Positions 38,227 to 46,484 of a stretch of 64,000 bases of DNA are shown here, piece by piece. Position 1 is the first letter of the stretch. Every line of letters begins with the position of its first letter. Source of the stretch: Candidatus Bathyarchaeum tardum (GTDB taxonomy: Archaea; Thermoproteota; Bathyarchaeia; Bathyarchaeales; Bathyarchaeaceae); NCBI GenBank assembly GCA_024650005.2, contig CP122380.1, positions 608,001-672,000 on the forward strand, written 5' to 3'. The position numbers were made by a program, and so were the translations under genes. Below the pieces are notes generated by a model. It had not been told where the DNA came from, did not search any database, and saw only the letters and a program-made list of their open reading frames with translations.

Positions 38227-39652
38227 GGCTCTGAGGCCTGACAGGGTTATTCCTACTTGGGATAGGCTGCAACAAAGCAGTAAGGTTGTTGATGAAAGGG
38301 AACATCAAAAGGCAAAGGAAGTTGCCAAGGACTATGTTGAGTTTGACAGGAAGTACTTACAGTTTGAACCGTTTGATTATCAAAAAGAATTGATTTCTCT
38401 GTATGAACAGTTTCAGTTCATTGCAGCCCGTTGGTGCAGGCAGTCGGGTAAAAGTTGGATTGCTTCGGGGTTATTTCTGAATGATGCTATTTTGAATGAC
38501 GATTTTTATTTGGCTGTTGTGGGTCCGTCGTGGCGTCAAACTAAGTTGAATATTCGGCGCATATCGATGTTTGAACGTCGATTGCCTAAAAACATGTACT
38601 TGAAGCCCCAGAAAACAAAACTGGAGTTTCCAAATGGTAGCGTAATTGAGGCTTTTCCGAACAATGCAGATACTATTCGGGGTCACACTTTAGATCGTAT
38701 TTGGTGGGATGAGGTCAATTTTACTGCTAATGATGTTGATTTGATGGATGCAATCCTGTTTGCGTTAGGGACTACTAACGGTAAACTCCTTGCAACGAGC
38801 ACCCCATTCAATAGTGATAGTTTGTTTTGGAAGATGTGTAATCACAAGCATTATACTGATTTTGCTCGTCATCATGTTCCTTATCAGAGGGTCATAGCGC
38901 CTAACGGTCCTTGGAGTCCGTCTTTTCTGGAGAAAATCAAACGTCAGTTTGGGGAGGATCCGATGCGTTGGCGTCGGGAGATGGAGGCAGAATGGGCTGA
39001 GGACGAAGATACTTGGCTGAGTCAATCTTTGATTACGAAATGCATTGGCACAACCAAGTCCTGTGGCGAGGATCTGGAGTTGTATCAGATGGACATTGAC
39101 AGTTCCTATGACGGCAATTTCTATGCGGGACTGGATTTTGCAAAACACCAGGACTATTCAGCCTTTGCATTAATCGAGGAGATAAACAAGAAGTATTTCT
39201 TGAGGTATCTGAAGATTTGGCCTCACGAGCTACCGTATGCTAGTGTTATCGGCTGGGTCAAAGTTATTCAGGACAGGGTTGGCGAGTTTCGTTGTTTGCG
39301 TGCTGACAAGACTGGAGTAGGAGATTACATCGTTGAGGATATGACAAACGCGGACATTCTGAACATTGAAGGCGTAAACTTCACTTTGCCAAGGAAACAA
39401 GAAATGGCTAGCCTCTTGAAACAAAGGATGGTAAACAAGCGCTTCTTTTTTCCATACTTTACTTGGGAAAAACCATACAGGGGTAACTATGTTGCGGAAT
39501 TGAATGTAGAACGGTTTGAGCTCCGCAAAGATGGCAACATTAGTTTTAGTCATCCCCAGGGTACGCACGACGATGTTTTCTGGGCTACTGCGTTAGCATT
39601 GTATGCAACTGTTGAGATGTCTGAAGAACCTGAATTGGTGGTGGCGTATTGA
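38198..39652 (+). CDS. Terminase large subunit
   Basis: YQ, RQSGKS (Walker A), WWDE (Walker B), STP, GLDFA and HDD nuclease motifs. Confidence 0.95.
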   Translation: MPSSSDKKARALRPDRVIPTWDRLQQSSKVVDEREHQKAKEVAKDYVEFDRKYLQFEPFDYQKELISLYEQFQFIAARWCRQSGKSWIASGLFLNDAILNDDFYLAVVGPSWRQTKLNIRRISMFERRLPKNMYLKPQKTKLEFPNGSVIEAFPNNADTIRGHTLDRIWWDEVNFTANDVDLMDAILFALGTTNGKLLATSTPFNSDSLFWKMCNHKHYTDFARHHVPYQRVIAPNGPWSPSFLEKIKRQFGEDPMRWRREMEAEWAEDEDTWLSQSLITKCIGTTKSCGEDLELYQMDIDSSYDGNFYAGLDFAKHQDYSAFALIEEINKKYFLRYLKIWPHELPYASVIGWVKVIQDRVGEFRCLRADKTGVGDYIVEDMTNADILNIEGVNFTLPRKQEMASLLKQRMVNKRFFFPYFTWEKPYRGNYVAELNVERFELRKDGNISFSHPQGTHDDVFWATALALYATVEMSEEPELVVAY

Positions 39653-41070
39653 GAAGGCGTGAGACTCTTCGTGTTACGCATTTTGCTAGGCGTTATGATC
39701 GGGAGTCTGGCAAGTTCACTTTTAATATTGGGTACGAGACAAGGACAGATATTACAGATCGGACTGTTGAGGTTGCTGAAGCTTTTGGGATGGGGGTTAG
39801 TGAGACTCAGCAGCATGTCCTTTATGATAATGTTGAGTTGCAGATTGGACCAAGGGACATTGTGTATTTGACGGGTGACAGTGGTTCTGGGAAGAGTGTT
39901 CTGCTGAAGGCGATTGTGGCTGATTTGAGTCCGGGCGAGGCTGCTTGTTTGTCTGAGGTTGAGGTGAATCCGGATATGCCGTTGATTGATACTGTTGGAA
40001 AGACTACTGAAGAGGGGTTGAAGCTGCTCAGTAAGGTAGGGTTGAATGATGCTTTCTTGTTTGTTCGTCGTTATAGCCAGCTGAGTGATGGACAAAAATA
40101 CCGTTACAGACTAGCAAAACTGATAGAGTCTGGGGCGCAGTGGTGGGTCATGGACGAGTTTTGCGCTACTTTAGACCGGGAAACTGCAAAGATAGTTTCG
40201 TTTAATCTTCAAAAATTGGCTAGAACTCTTGGCAAAGCAGTTGTTGTGGCCACTACTCACATGGACTTGTTTGATGACCTGTCACCCAGCGTTCATATCC
40301 ACAAACGTTTCGGCAAAGAAATCAGCATCAAATATTACCCGAATACAATTCGAAAAGAATGTAGTTTGCTTGACGAAATGACCGTAGAAGAAGGAACATA
40401 CCAAGACTGGAAAAAAGTTGCAGGTTTCCATTACAGGAGCCACCGGATCGCGTTCATGCAAAAAATCTTTGTCTTAAAACGAAGAAACCAAGTTTGCGGA
40501 GCAATAGTTTACGTTTGCCCATTAAGTGTAGCTTCAGGAAGAAACAAAGTTCTAAAAATCAACAATATGAAAGAACTAAACGACAAATTAGCCCGAATAG
40601 CAAGAATTGTAATCCATCCAAAATATCGAACCATTGGAGCGTCGGTAAAACTCCTCAAAGAATCTTTACCTCAATGTGGAAAATCCTGCGTAGAAATGAT
40701 AGCTGTAATGGCAAGATACAACCCGTTTGCTGAACACGCAGGAATGACCAAAATCTGCGAATCCAAACCCGACAAAACAATCATTAACGCTACAGCTGAA
40801 CTTGAAAAACTAGGATTCACTTCATACCTCCTTGCAGTTCCCGAATATAACAAAAAAATGCTTAATGAACACATTCTAGACGTGAAAAATATTCTCAGTA
40901 GTTTCAGTTATCCGTACAATCGAAGAATAGCAGGATCTCACGGGCGCTTTACAAAAAAACATTACAAGAACTGGTTAACAAAAGATGATATTGATGAATT
41001 TGCAAATGCATTAGTGCGCCTTGCACAGCTAAATCAAACAAAAGTTTACCTGTTTTGGAAACAACAATAA
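39649..41070 (+). CDS. ABC-type ATPase fused to a GNAT acetyltransferase (COG2401-like)
   Basis: GDSGSGKS, LSDGQ, MDEF and ATTH; FHYRS and ARIVIHPKYRTIG. Confidence 0.88.
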   Translation: MRRRETLRVTHFARRYDRESGKFTFNIGYETRTDITDRTVEVAEAFGMGVSETQQHVLYDNVELQIGPRDIVYLTGDSGSGKSVLLKAIVADLSPGEAACLSEVEVNPDMPLIDTVGKTTEEGLKLLSKVGLNDAFLFVRRYSQLSDGQKYRYRLAKLIESGAQWWVMDEFCATLDRETAKIVSFNLQKLARTLGKAVVVATTHMDLFDDLSPSVHIHKRFGKEISIKYYPNTIRKECSLLDEMTVEEGTYQDWKKVAGFHYRSHRIAFMQKIFVLKRRNQVCGAIVYVCPLSVASGRNKVLKINNMKELNDKLARIARIVIHPKYRTIGASVKLLKESLPQCGKSCVEMIAVMARYNPFAEHAGMTKICESKPDKTIINATAELEKLGFTSYLLAVPEYNKKMLNEHILDVKNILSSFSYPYNRRIAGSHGRFTKKHYKNWLTKDDIDEFANALVRLAQLNQTKVYLFWKQQ

Positions 41071-41076
41071 TAAACA

Positions 41077-41544
41077 AACAACATCTTCAACCTAGCCTAC
41101 GAAGTATTATCTTGGAAAGTTCAGAGTCTCAATCACAGCAAAACTAGAACCATACCTTGGATTCTTATACTCAATGCAACATGGTAAACCTAGCCTAGTT
41201 CGTGACTTAATGGACATTTATCGATATTTGATAGATAATTTTCTGATTGGTTATTGTAGAAAACTGAAACCAAGAGATTTTATTGTAAAAACTAACAAAT
41301 TAGCTGAAACAAAAAAGGAAAACGAGAATATTTACTTGATACATTATCTAGAAACTTGACTAAAAAACTGGAAATAAATTTCCAATCAAACATTGATGTT
41401 CCAAGAATCAAAAATGGAAAAAATCAGACAATTGAAGCTTTAATTAATGAAGAAGCTTTGCTATTAGCTGAACACATAAGAGGTGAAAGATTAAAGTGGA
41501 CTCCAAGAACCTTTCTTCCACAAAACAATCAGAGAATCAAATAG
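41077..41544 (+). pseudogene. cas1: cas1 C-terminal remnant, frameshifted
   Basis: Reads NNIFNLAYEVL / KLEPYLGFLYSMQHGKPSLVRDLMDIYRYLID / ...LINEEALLLA across frameshifts. This matches the Cas1 N.LNY.Y, L.PY.GFLH and SL..D.ME..R..D motifs. Confidence 0.75.
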
Positions 41545-42347
41545 AAGTTCCCAATGCAGAAGACATTGGCAAATTTTTTCAAGAGAAAGGATTGAAAAAC
41601 ACTTCAGAATGGATATTTTATATTATTAAAAACAAATTGCCTGACCCAACTAAAGACTTGGATGACATAATGACTTCACTAAGGAACGACATTCGAGTCT
41701 ATATGCAGGAATATTTTAATGATTCAAATTTTAAAGAAGATTGTTTTAACGTTATTTGGAATTTTATTCGCTTGGGGCTTTCAACAGGTAGAACACGATT
41801 TAGAAATTTAACTGGAGAATTAATTCCCCTTGTAAGTAAAACGATTCAAACCGACAAATTATTAGAGGATATCACAAAAGTAGCTCAAAAACTAGACCAA
41901 AAGCCAAAATTCTACCTGATTTGCTTTTATTATTTGATGTTAATGGAAGGCAACTTCAAGAATGTAACAAAAAATCTTTTAGCAATGAAAAGATTACGCG
42001 AGGGAAAAGATGTTAGTGTAACTGAAACTTTGGGACTCGTTACTTCAGAGAAAATTGAGGAAGATAAAAATCTTAAAGAGATTTTACCCGAGCGTTTAAA
42101 GAATGGTAAACATCAGAATTTGAGAAACTCTATAGCACATGCAAATTTTCGTTATATTGATACTGAAAATAAAATGGAATTCTGGGATGTTTATCCAAGA
42201 GATCAAAAATTTAGTATGAACCCAACAAAATTAACTTTGGCTGAATTTTCCAAGTCACTGATGGAAGTTTATATCTTCTGTGAAGTTTTTGGGTTCATTA
42301 TGTTAACAATACTTGCAATTAATGATCTTCTTATCCGCTATTCTTGA
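41496..42347 (+). CDS. Putative HEPN-domain RNase
   Basis: All-helical; upstream E (MLMEG) plus an RxxxxH motif, LRNSIAH. Confidence 0.6.
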   Translation: MDSKNLSSTKQSENQIEVPNAEDIGKFFQEKGLKNTSEWIFYIIKNKLPDPTKDLDDIMTSLRNDIRVYMQEYFNDSNFKEDCFNVIWNFIRLGLSTGRTRFRNLTGELIPLVSKTIQTDKLLEDITKVAQKLDQKPKFYLICFYYLMLMEGNFKNVTKNLLAMKRLREGKDVSVTETLGLVTSEKIEEDKNLKEILPERLKNGKHQNLRNSIAHANFRYIDTENKMEFWDVYPRDQKFSMNPTKLTLAEFSKSLMEVYIFCEVFGFIMLTILAINDLLIRYS

Positions 42348-42436
42348 TTGAATGTTTTTTGTTGAATAAGATCAATTTATAATCAAAAAAATAATTAATA
42401 ATTGTTTAAAATAAAAATGACAACAGGTCAGGGATT

Positions 42437-43333
42437 ATGGGGGCATTTGGGGTAGAAAAAAGTTTCAAAAAAGCAGATGAATATACAAATTTGTTAACAG
42501 TAGCTTTGTCAACACTTAGCCTTTTAATGTCGTTGTTTATTGATTCGTGGACAACAATTTTTCTTCCAACTTTAATTATTTTTGGTCTTTTCTTTATAGT
42601 TATGAGGTTAAAAATAATTCATGAAGAAGATCCAATCAAAGGTTTTAAGTATAGAATGATCTTATGTTTCGGATTAACAATTTTAGGATTTTTTCCAATC
42701 ATATCTTATTTTGGTTTTCAGTTTATTGATGCTTTTTTAAGAAATTACTTTGGTCCACCTTTACATGAAATTATTGCACCTGAAGAATTAGTGAATATTA
42801 ATCTACTTGATTATAATTGGGGCTTTTTTTTAGACTCACTTACAGAAATTCCACTCCTTTTACAATTTGGACTAACATATTTTTTCTCTAAGAAAATTGG
42901 AGCAGTTATATCATCAAATGTTTCTAAAGAAAACAAAAAACTTGGTTCTGAATTAGAGGAAATAAACAGAAAAATATTATATTTCTCAGAAAATCGGTTC
43001 AGCAATTATTTTATAATTCTTTATATTTTTTGGTTATTATTTTATTTTGGAATTATTTTAAGTCAATATTACACCGCAATTCTTGTCGGATCAATGGAAA
43101 ATTATTTTATTGGTTTGCTTTCATTTTTGATTATTAATTCTCCATTTATTGTTTCTATGACCTTCATGATAGTCTGGATTATGCTTTTTAGCGATTTTTT
43201 GATTTCTGAAAAATATGATCGCCATTCACTAGCGTGGAATTTCTTTAAAATTTTTGTCGTAATTTGTTTTTACTTACTGTGGTACATCATTTTCCCAGAT
43301 ATATTGGCATTTCATCGTTCTTTAATTGGTTGA
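42437..43333 (+). CDS. AT-rich multi-pass membrane protein
   Basis: About 7 TM helices. Confidence 0.7.
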   Translation: MGAFGVEKSFKKADEYTNLLTVALSTLSLLMSLFIDSWTTIFLPTLIIFGLFFIVMRLKIIHEEDPIKGFKYRMILCFGLTILGFFPIISYFGFQFIDAFLRNYFGPPLHEIIAPEELVNINLLDYNWGFFLDSLTEIPLLLQFGLTYFFSKKIGAVISSNVSKENKKLGSELEEINRKILYFSENRFSNYFIILYIFWLLFYFGIILSQYYTAILVGSMENYFIGLLSFLIINSPFIVSMTFMIVWIMLFSDFLISEKYDRHSLAWNFFKIFVVICFYLLWYIIFPDILAFHRSLIG

Positions 43334-43363
43334 TTTGGGTTTGGGGGTTAAAATTTAACTTTT

Positions 43364-43834
43364 TTAGATGTAGTTCATTAATGTTGGCTGGCTTCTTAGC
43401 ACTATTGAGAGTAGTATCCATTTTTCTTCATTTTCAAGAGATAAAAATTCTATGTGCAGTTTTGTAGATTCTTCGTACAATTTCATTCTTTCTGCTGAGA
43501 TTTCAGCATATTTTTCATTCCAGATTGAAAGTTTTTTGTTATGTTCTTCCATCATTTCATTAAATGCCTGCAATTCTTCAGTTGACATACCAAAGATTTT
43601 ATCACCTGTTAATCTTCGCCGTTCTGGAACTTCAATTTCTTTTTCTTGTTGGTCAAGTCGCTTGATTTCTAAAGATATTTCTTTCAATCTTTTAGATATC
43701 TCAAGTCTCCTGACAAAATTAGCAGTCCATTCTTGTTTTTCCTTCTTGTTCGCTCTACGGATAGCTTCTTTTATTAATTCAGCAGGGTTTCTTTTCTCAG
43801 ATTCTTCAGTATTTTTTTCCATGGTGTTCGCCAA
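43364..43834 (-). CDS. Coiled-coil hypothetical protein
   Basis: E/K-rich helical ORF. Confidence 0.55.
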   Translation of the reverse strand: MANTMEKNTEESEKRNPAELIKEAIRRANKKEKQEWTANFVRRLEISKRLKEISLEIKRLDQQEKEIEVPERRRLTGDKIFGMSTEELQAFNEMMEEHNKKLSIWNEKYAEISAERMKLYEESTKLHIEFLSLENEEKWILLSIVLRSQPTLMNYI

Positions 43835-43878
43835 AATAAAATTTTATCTGGCTAGACGTGTTCGAAATTATGATCAGA

Positions 43879-44016
43879 CTATGGATGTGCAATGATTTTT
43901 CCACATTTTGGGCAATGTATGTGTCGTGAACTGTTTTCGGAGTTATATCCGGATATTTTTGCATCTTTTTTAGGTAAAACGTAGCCACATTTTGGGCAAC
44001 AATACGAGTTTTTCAA
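43879..44016 (-). CDS. Small Zn-ribbon protein
   Basis: CPKCG...CPKCG; TTG start after GAGGGG, shorter than the track ORF. Confidence 0.6.
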   Translation of the reverse strand: MKNSYCCPKCGYVLPKKDAKISGYNSENSSRHIHCPKCGKIIAHP

Positions 44017-44165
44017 GTCAACCCCCTCACATAGATTAGAGGTTAATTCTATAATACATATGTATACATAAATTTTTTGTAAAAGACTTAGAGATACAAA
44101 AACCGTAAAAACAAGAATAACATTATCAAAATCAGATAGTTTCCTGTCAGGGTAGGGGCTGTACT

Positions 44166-44543
44166 GTGCCAAGGCGCAAACAGAAGACCGGAAGAATTTC
44201 AGTTTTCAAAGGACGAGAAGCCAAACTGAACTCTGCAATCTTCCAAATCTTGGCTCTTGAAAGCCCGTTGACCATTTATGATGTTTGCAAAAAAATCAAG
44301 ACAAAAAAGGGACTAATGCATACTAAATATACTAACGTTAACCGAAGAATAAAAGAACTAAAAAAATCCGGTTACCTGCAAACCAATGGAATAAGAAAAA
44401 CAAAAGCAGGATTTCAAACGATTCTTTATCAGATGACTACCCGGGCGTATTTGGCTGTTGCTTTAAACATACTTGACTTGGACAACTTTATCCAAACAGT
44501 CAACGAAGAAAAAGCTACAGTAATGCTAGCAGTCTTAGCGTAA
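44166..44543 (+). CDS. wHTH transcription regulator
   Basis: LTIYDV...YTNVNRRIKELKKSGYL...YQMT.R. Confidence 0.75.
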   Translation: MPRRKQKTGRISVFKGREAKLNSAIFQILALESPLTIYDVCKKIKTKKGLMHTKYTNVNRRIKELKKSGYLQTNGIRKTKAGFQTILYQMTTRAYLAVALNILDLDNFIQTVNEEKATVMLAVLA

Positions 44544-44665
44544 CATCGATCGATATGTCATTTTTTGGACACTGGACTTTGTAATTGACTCTAAAGTATA
44601 CTATACTTTGCAGGGGGCAGAAATCTCTTAACTTTTCAAACAGGCATAGATAACGGTGAAAATAT

Positions 44666-44908
44666 TTGGTTTTTGTTGTGGAAGACTGGGACTCTTTAAA
44701 AGAGTATGCTGGCGACAAACAAGGATTTTATCAAATTCTCGCAGTTGAAAACGGCGTACAAATCAGGGTATCCACTGGCGAGATCGGTTTTAAGAAAACC
44801 TTCCAAAACAGTAAGGATCCATTGCTTGACAGCATAACAAAATTTTGCGCGCTGCTTGACTACATCAAAGTAACCCAGAACATTCCTGCTGACAAATTCT
44901 TCAGATAA
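44666..44908 (+). CDS. Viral hypothetical protein
   Basis: 80-aa ORF with GGTGA RBS. Confidence 0.6.
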   Translation: MVFVVEDWDSLKEYAGDKQGFYQILAVENGVQIRVSTGEIGFKKTFQNSKDPLLDSITKFCALLDYIKVTQNIPADKFFR

Positions 44909-44947
44909 ACACCAGGAGAAAAAACAAGAAACAAAGGTGAAATAAAA

Positions 44948-45244
44948 ATGATAGCGGGTAAAACAGTCCAAAAAGGTTCAGCAGTGTACATTCGTTACTT
45001 GGATCATACATTGAACTGCAGTATTGTAGAAGTGGTGGTCCGTGAAACAATGGGCTGGATTACCCAAGAAATAGGAAACTTCGTATGCATACAACACGAC
45101 AGAACCGTTGAAACCGTAAACAGTTCAACTGGTTCAGCTAACGGTCAAATTTTACGCAAAAACTGCATCCTAGAAATCCGTGTTATAAAGAAAAAGGGAG
45201 AGCTAACCCAAACTGGAAGCAGCATCTGCAATTATGTGCCCTGA
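44948..45244 (+). CDS. Viral hypothetical protein, possible Sm-like fold
   Basis: VYIRYLDH...ETMGW....CI.HD...CILEI pattern. Confidence 0.55.
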   Translation: MIAGKTVQKGSAVYIRYLDHTLNCSIVEVVVRETMGWITQEIGNFVCIQHDRTVETVNSSTGSANGQILRKNCILEIRVIKKKGELTQTGSSICNYVP

Positions 45245-46394
45245 CTGTGGAAGCACCACATACTGGAAAGACGGCGTTCGATATACTGAATGGGGTAATG
45301 TTCAACGATATGTTTGTCGAGATTGTGGTTACAGGTTCAGTGAAACTTGTTTGAACCATTTTGATGGTTTGGAACCGATAAAAAATATTCATTGGCAGTC
45401 ATTAAATATGCCTTTGAGCCTACCTTTTAATCGCCAAATCGGCGTCAGCCAGCCAAAGGCGGCGAAAAATTTGGTCAAAGTGGAAACCAAAACAAAAGTC
45501 AGAACCTCACCACTTGCAGAAAAACTTGTGAACTACATCTTATATCTGAAGCGAATAGGAAGAAAAGACTCGACAATCGAGACATACCACGACTACATCC
45601 GTATTCTAAGCAAATCTAACTTAGACGATCCTGACGAAATAGCTTTGTTCATACACGACCATTTTAAAGAAAACAGTAGCAGAATCTCAGCCGTTTATGC
45701 ATATGATGCATACCTGAAAAGCCTTGGTAAAACATGGGATAGACCCAAATACATAGCTGAATCAAAACTGCCCTTTATACCCACTGATGAAATGCTCAAA
45801 AACACACTAATGACAGGAAGAAAAACCAGCATAGCTTTTACAAAAATACTTTATGAAACCGGTTGTCGCACTAATGAAGCAGAACGGGTAGAATGGGAAG
45901 ACATAGATTACGCAAGAAAAAGAATTTACATACGTGCTTCAAAAAAAGGGAAGGCCCGATTCATACCAATAAGTGATGATTTGATAAACTTACTCAGCAG
46001 GCAACCTAGAACAGACGAAGTCAATGTTTTTGAAAAAAGAAGCAAAGATGCACGAAGAGCTTGTTTCAGTAAACGCATGAAAAGACTCGCTAGATTGACA
46101 CAAGATAGGAAATATCTAAAAATTCATTTGCATACATTCCGCCATTGCTTTGCTCTTCGGACATATCATCGAACAAAAGACATCTTACACCTCAAAATGT
46201 TAATGGGTCACAAAAGTCTATTGACAACACAACGCTATGTAGAAATTTATTGCCAACTATATGACAGTGGAAAACCAACCCAATTTATTACCAAAATTGC
46301 AACAACAAAAAAAGAGAGATGTAGCTTAATCAATGAAGGCTGGGAGTTCATAAAGAATGATGGTGACGATTGGTATTTTAGAAAACCTAAGTGA
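45234..46394 (+). CDS. Tyrosine integrase with an N-terminal Zn ribbon
   Basis: CPDCGS..KDG..QRYVCRDCG; catalytic R (TGCR), K, HTFRH, MGH and Y (TQRY) all intact. Confidence 0.92.
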   Translation: MCPDCGSTTYWKDGVRYTEWGNVQRYVCRDCGYRFSETCLNHFDGLEPIKNIHWQSLNMPLSLPFNRQIGVSQPKAAKNLVKVETKTKVRTSPLAEKLVNYILYLKRIGRKDSTIETYHDYIRILSKSNLDDPDEIALFIHDHFKENSSRISAVYAYDAYLKSLGKTWDRPKYIAESKLPFIPTDEMLKNTLMTGRKTSIAFTKILYETGCRTNEAERVEWEDIDYARKRIYIRASKKGKARFIPISDDLINLLSRQPRTDEVNVFEKRSKDARRACFSKRMKRLARLTQDRKYLKIHLHTFRHCFALRTYHRTKDILHLKMLMGHKSLLTTQRYVEIYCQLYDSGKPTQFITKIATTKKERCSLINEGWEFIKNDGDDWYFRKPK

Positions 46395-46424
46395 AGGTTA
46401 CGGTAAACACTCAAAAGTTCACCT

Positions 46425-46437
46425 AAAAGCTAATTTA
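46425..46437 (+). repeat. Candidate attR core
   Basis: AAAAGCTAATTTA within CTAAA-AGCTAA-TTTAG, 30 bp after the integrase stop. Confidence 0.55.
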
Positions 46438-46484
46438 GTTGCCTGTTAATTTTACGGTAAACTAGCATTCACTGAGGCTAACTG

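Larger units (their letters stand above)
12270..46437. mobile_element. Integrated tailed archaeal virus (Caudoviricetes, HK97 fold, siphovirus-like provirus), ~34 kb
   Basis: Portal, protease, MCP, neck, tail tube, chaperones, tape measure, hub, terS/terL and tyrosine integrase are all present. Ends are inferred from a 13-bp direct repeat. Confidence 0.9.

Noticed and set aside
41071-44165. CRISPR array near the cas1 remnant
   Set aside because: No regularly spaced direct repeats were seen here or elsewhere in the window.
12270-46437. Casposon interpretation of the element
   Set aside because: No PolB gene or terminal inverted repeats were seen, cas1 is broken, and an intact tyrosine integrase with a full virion module is present.
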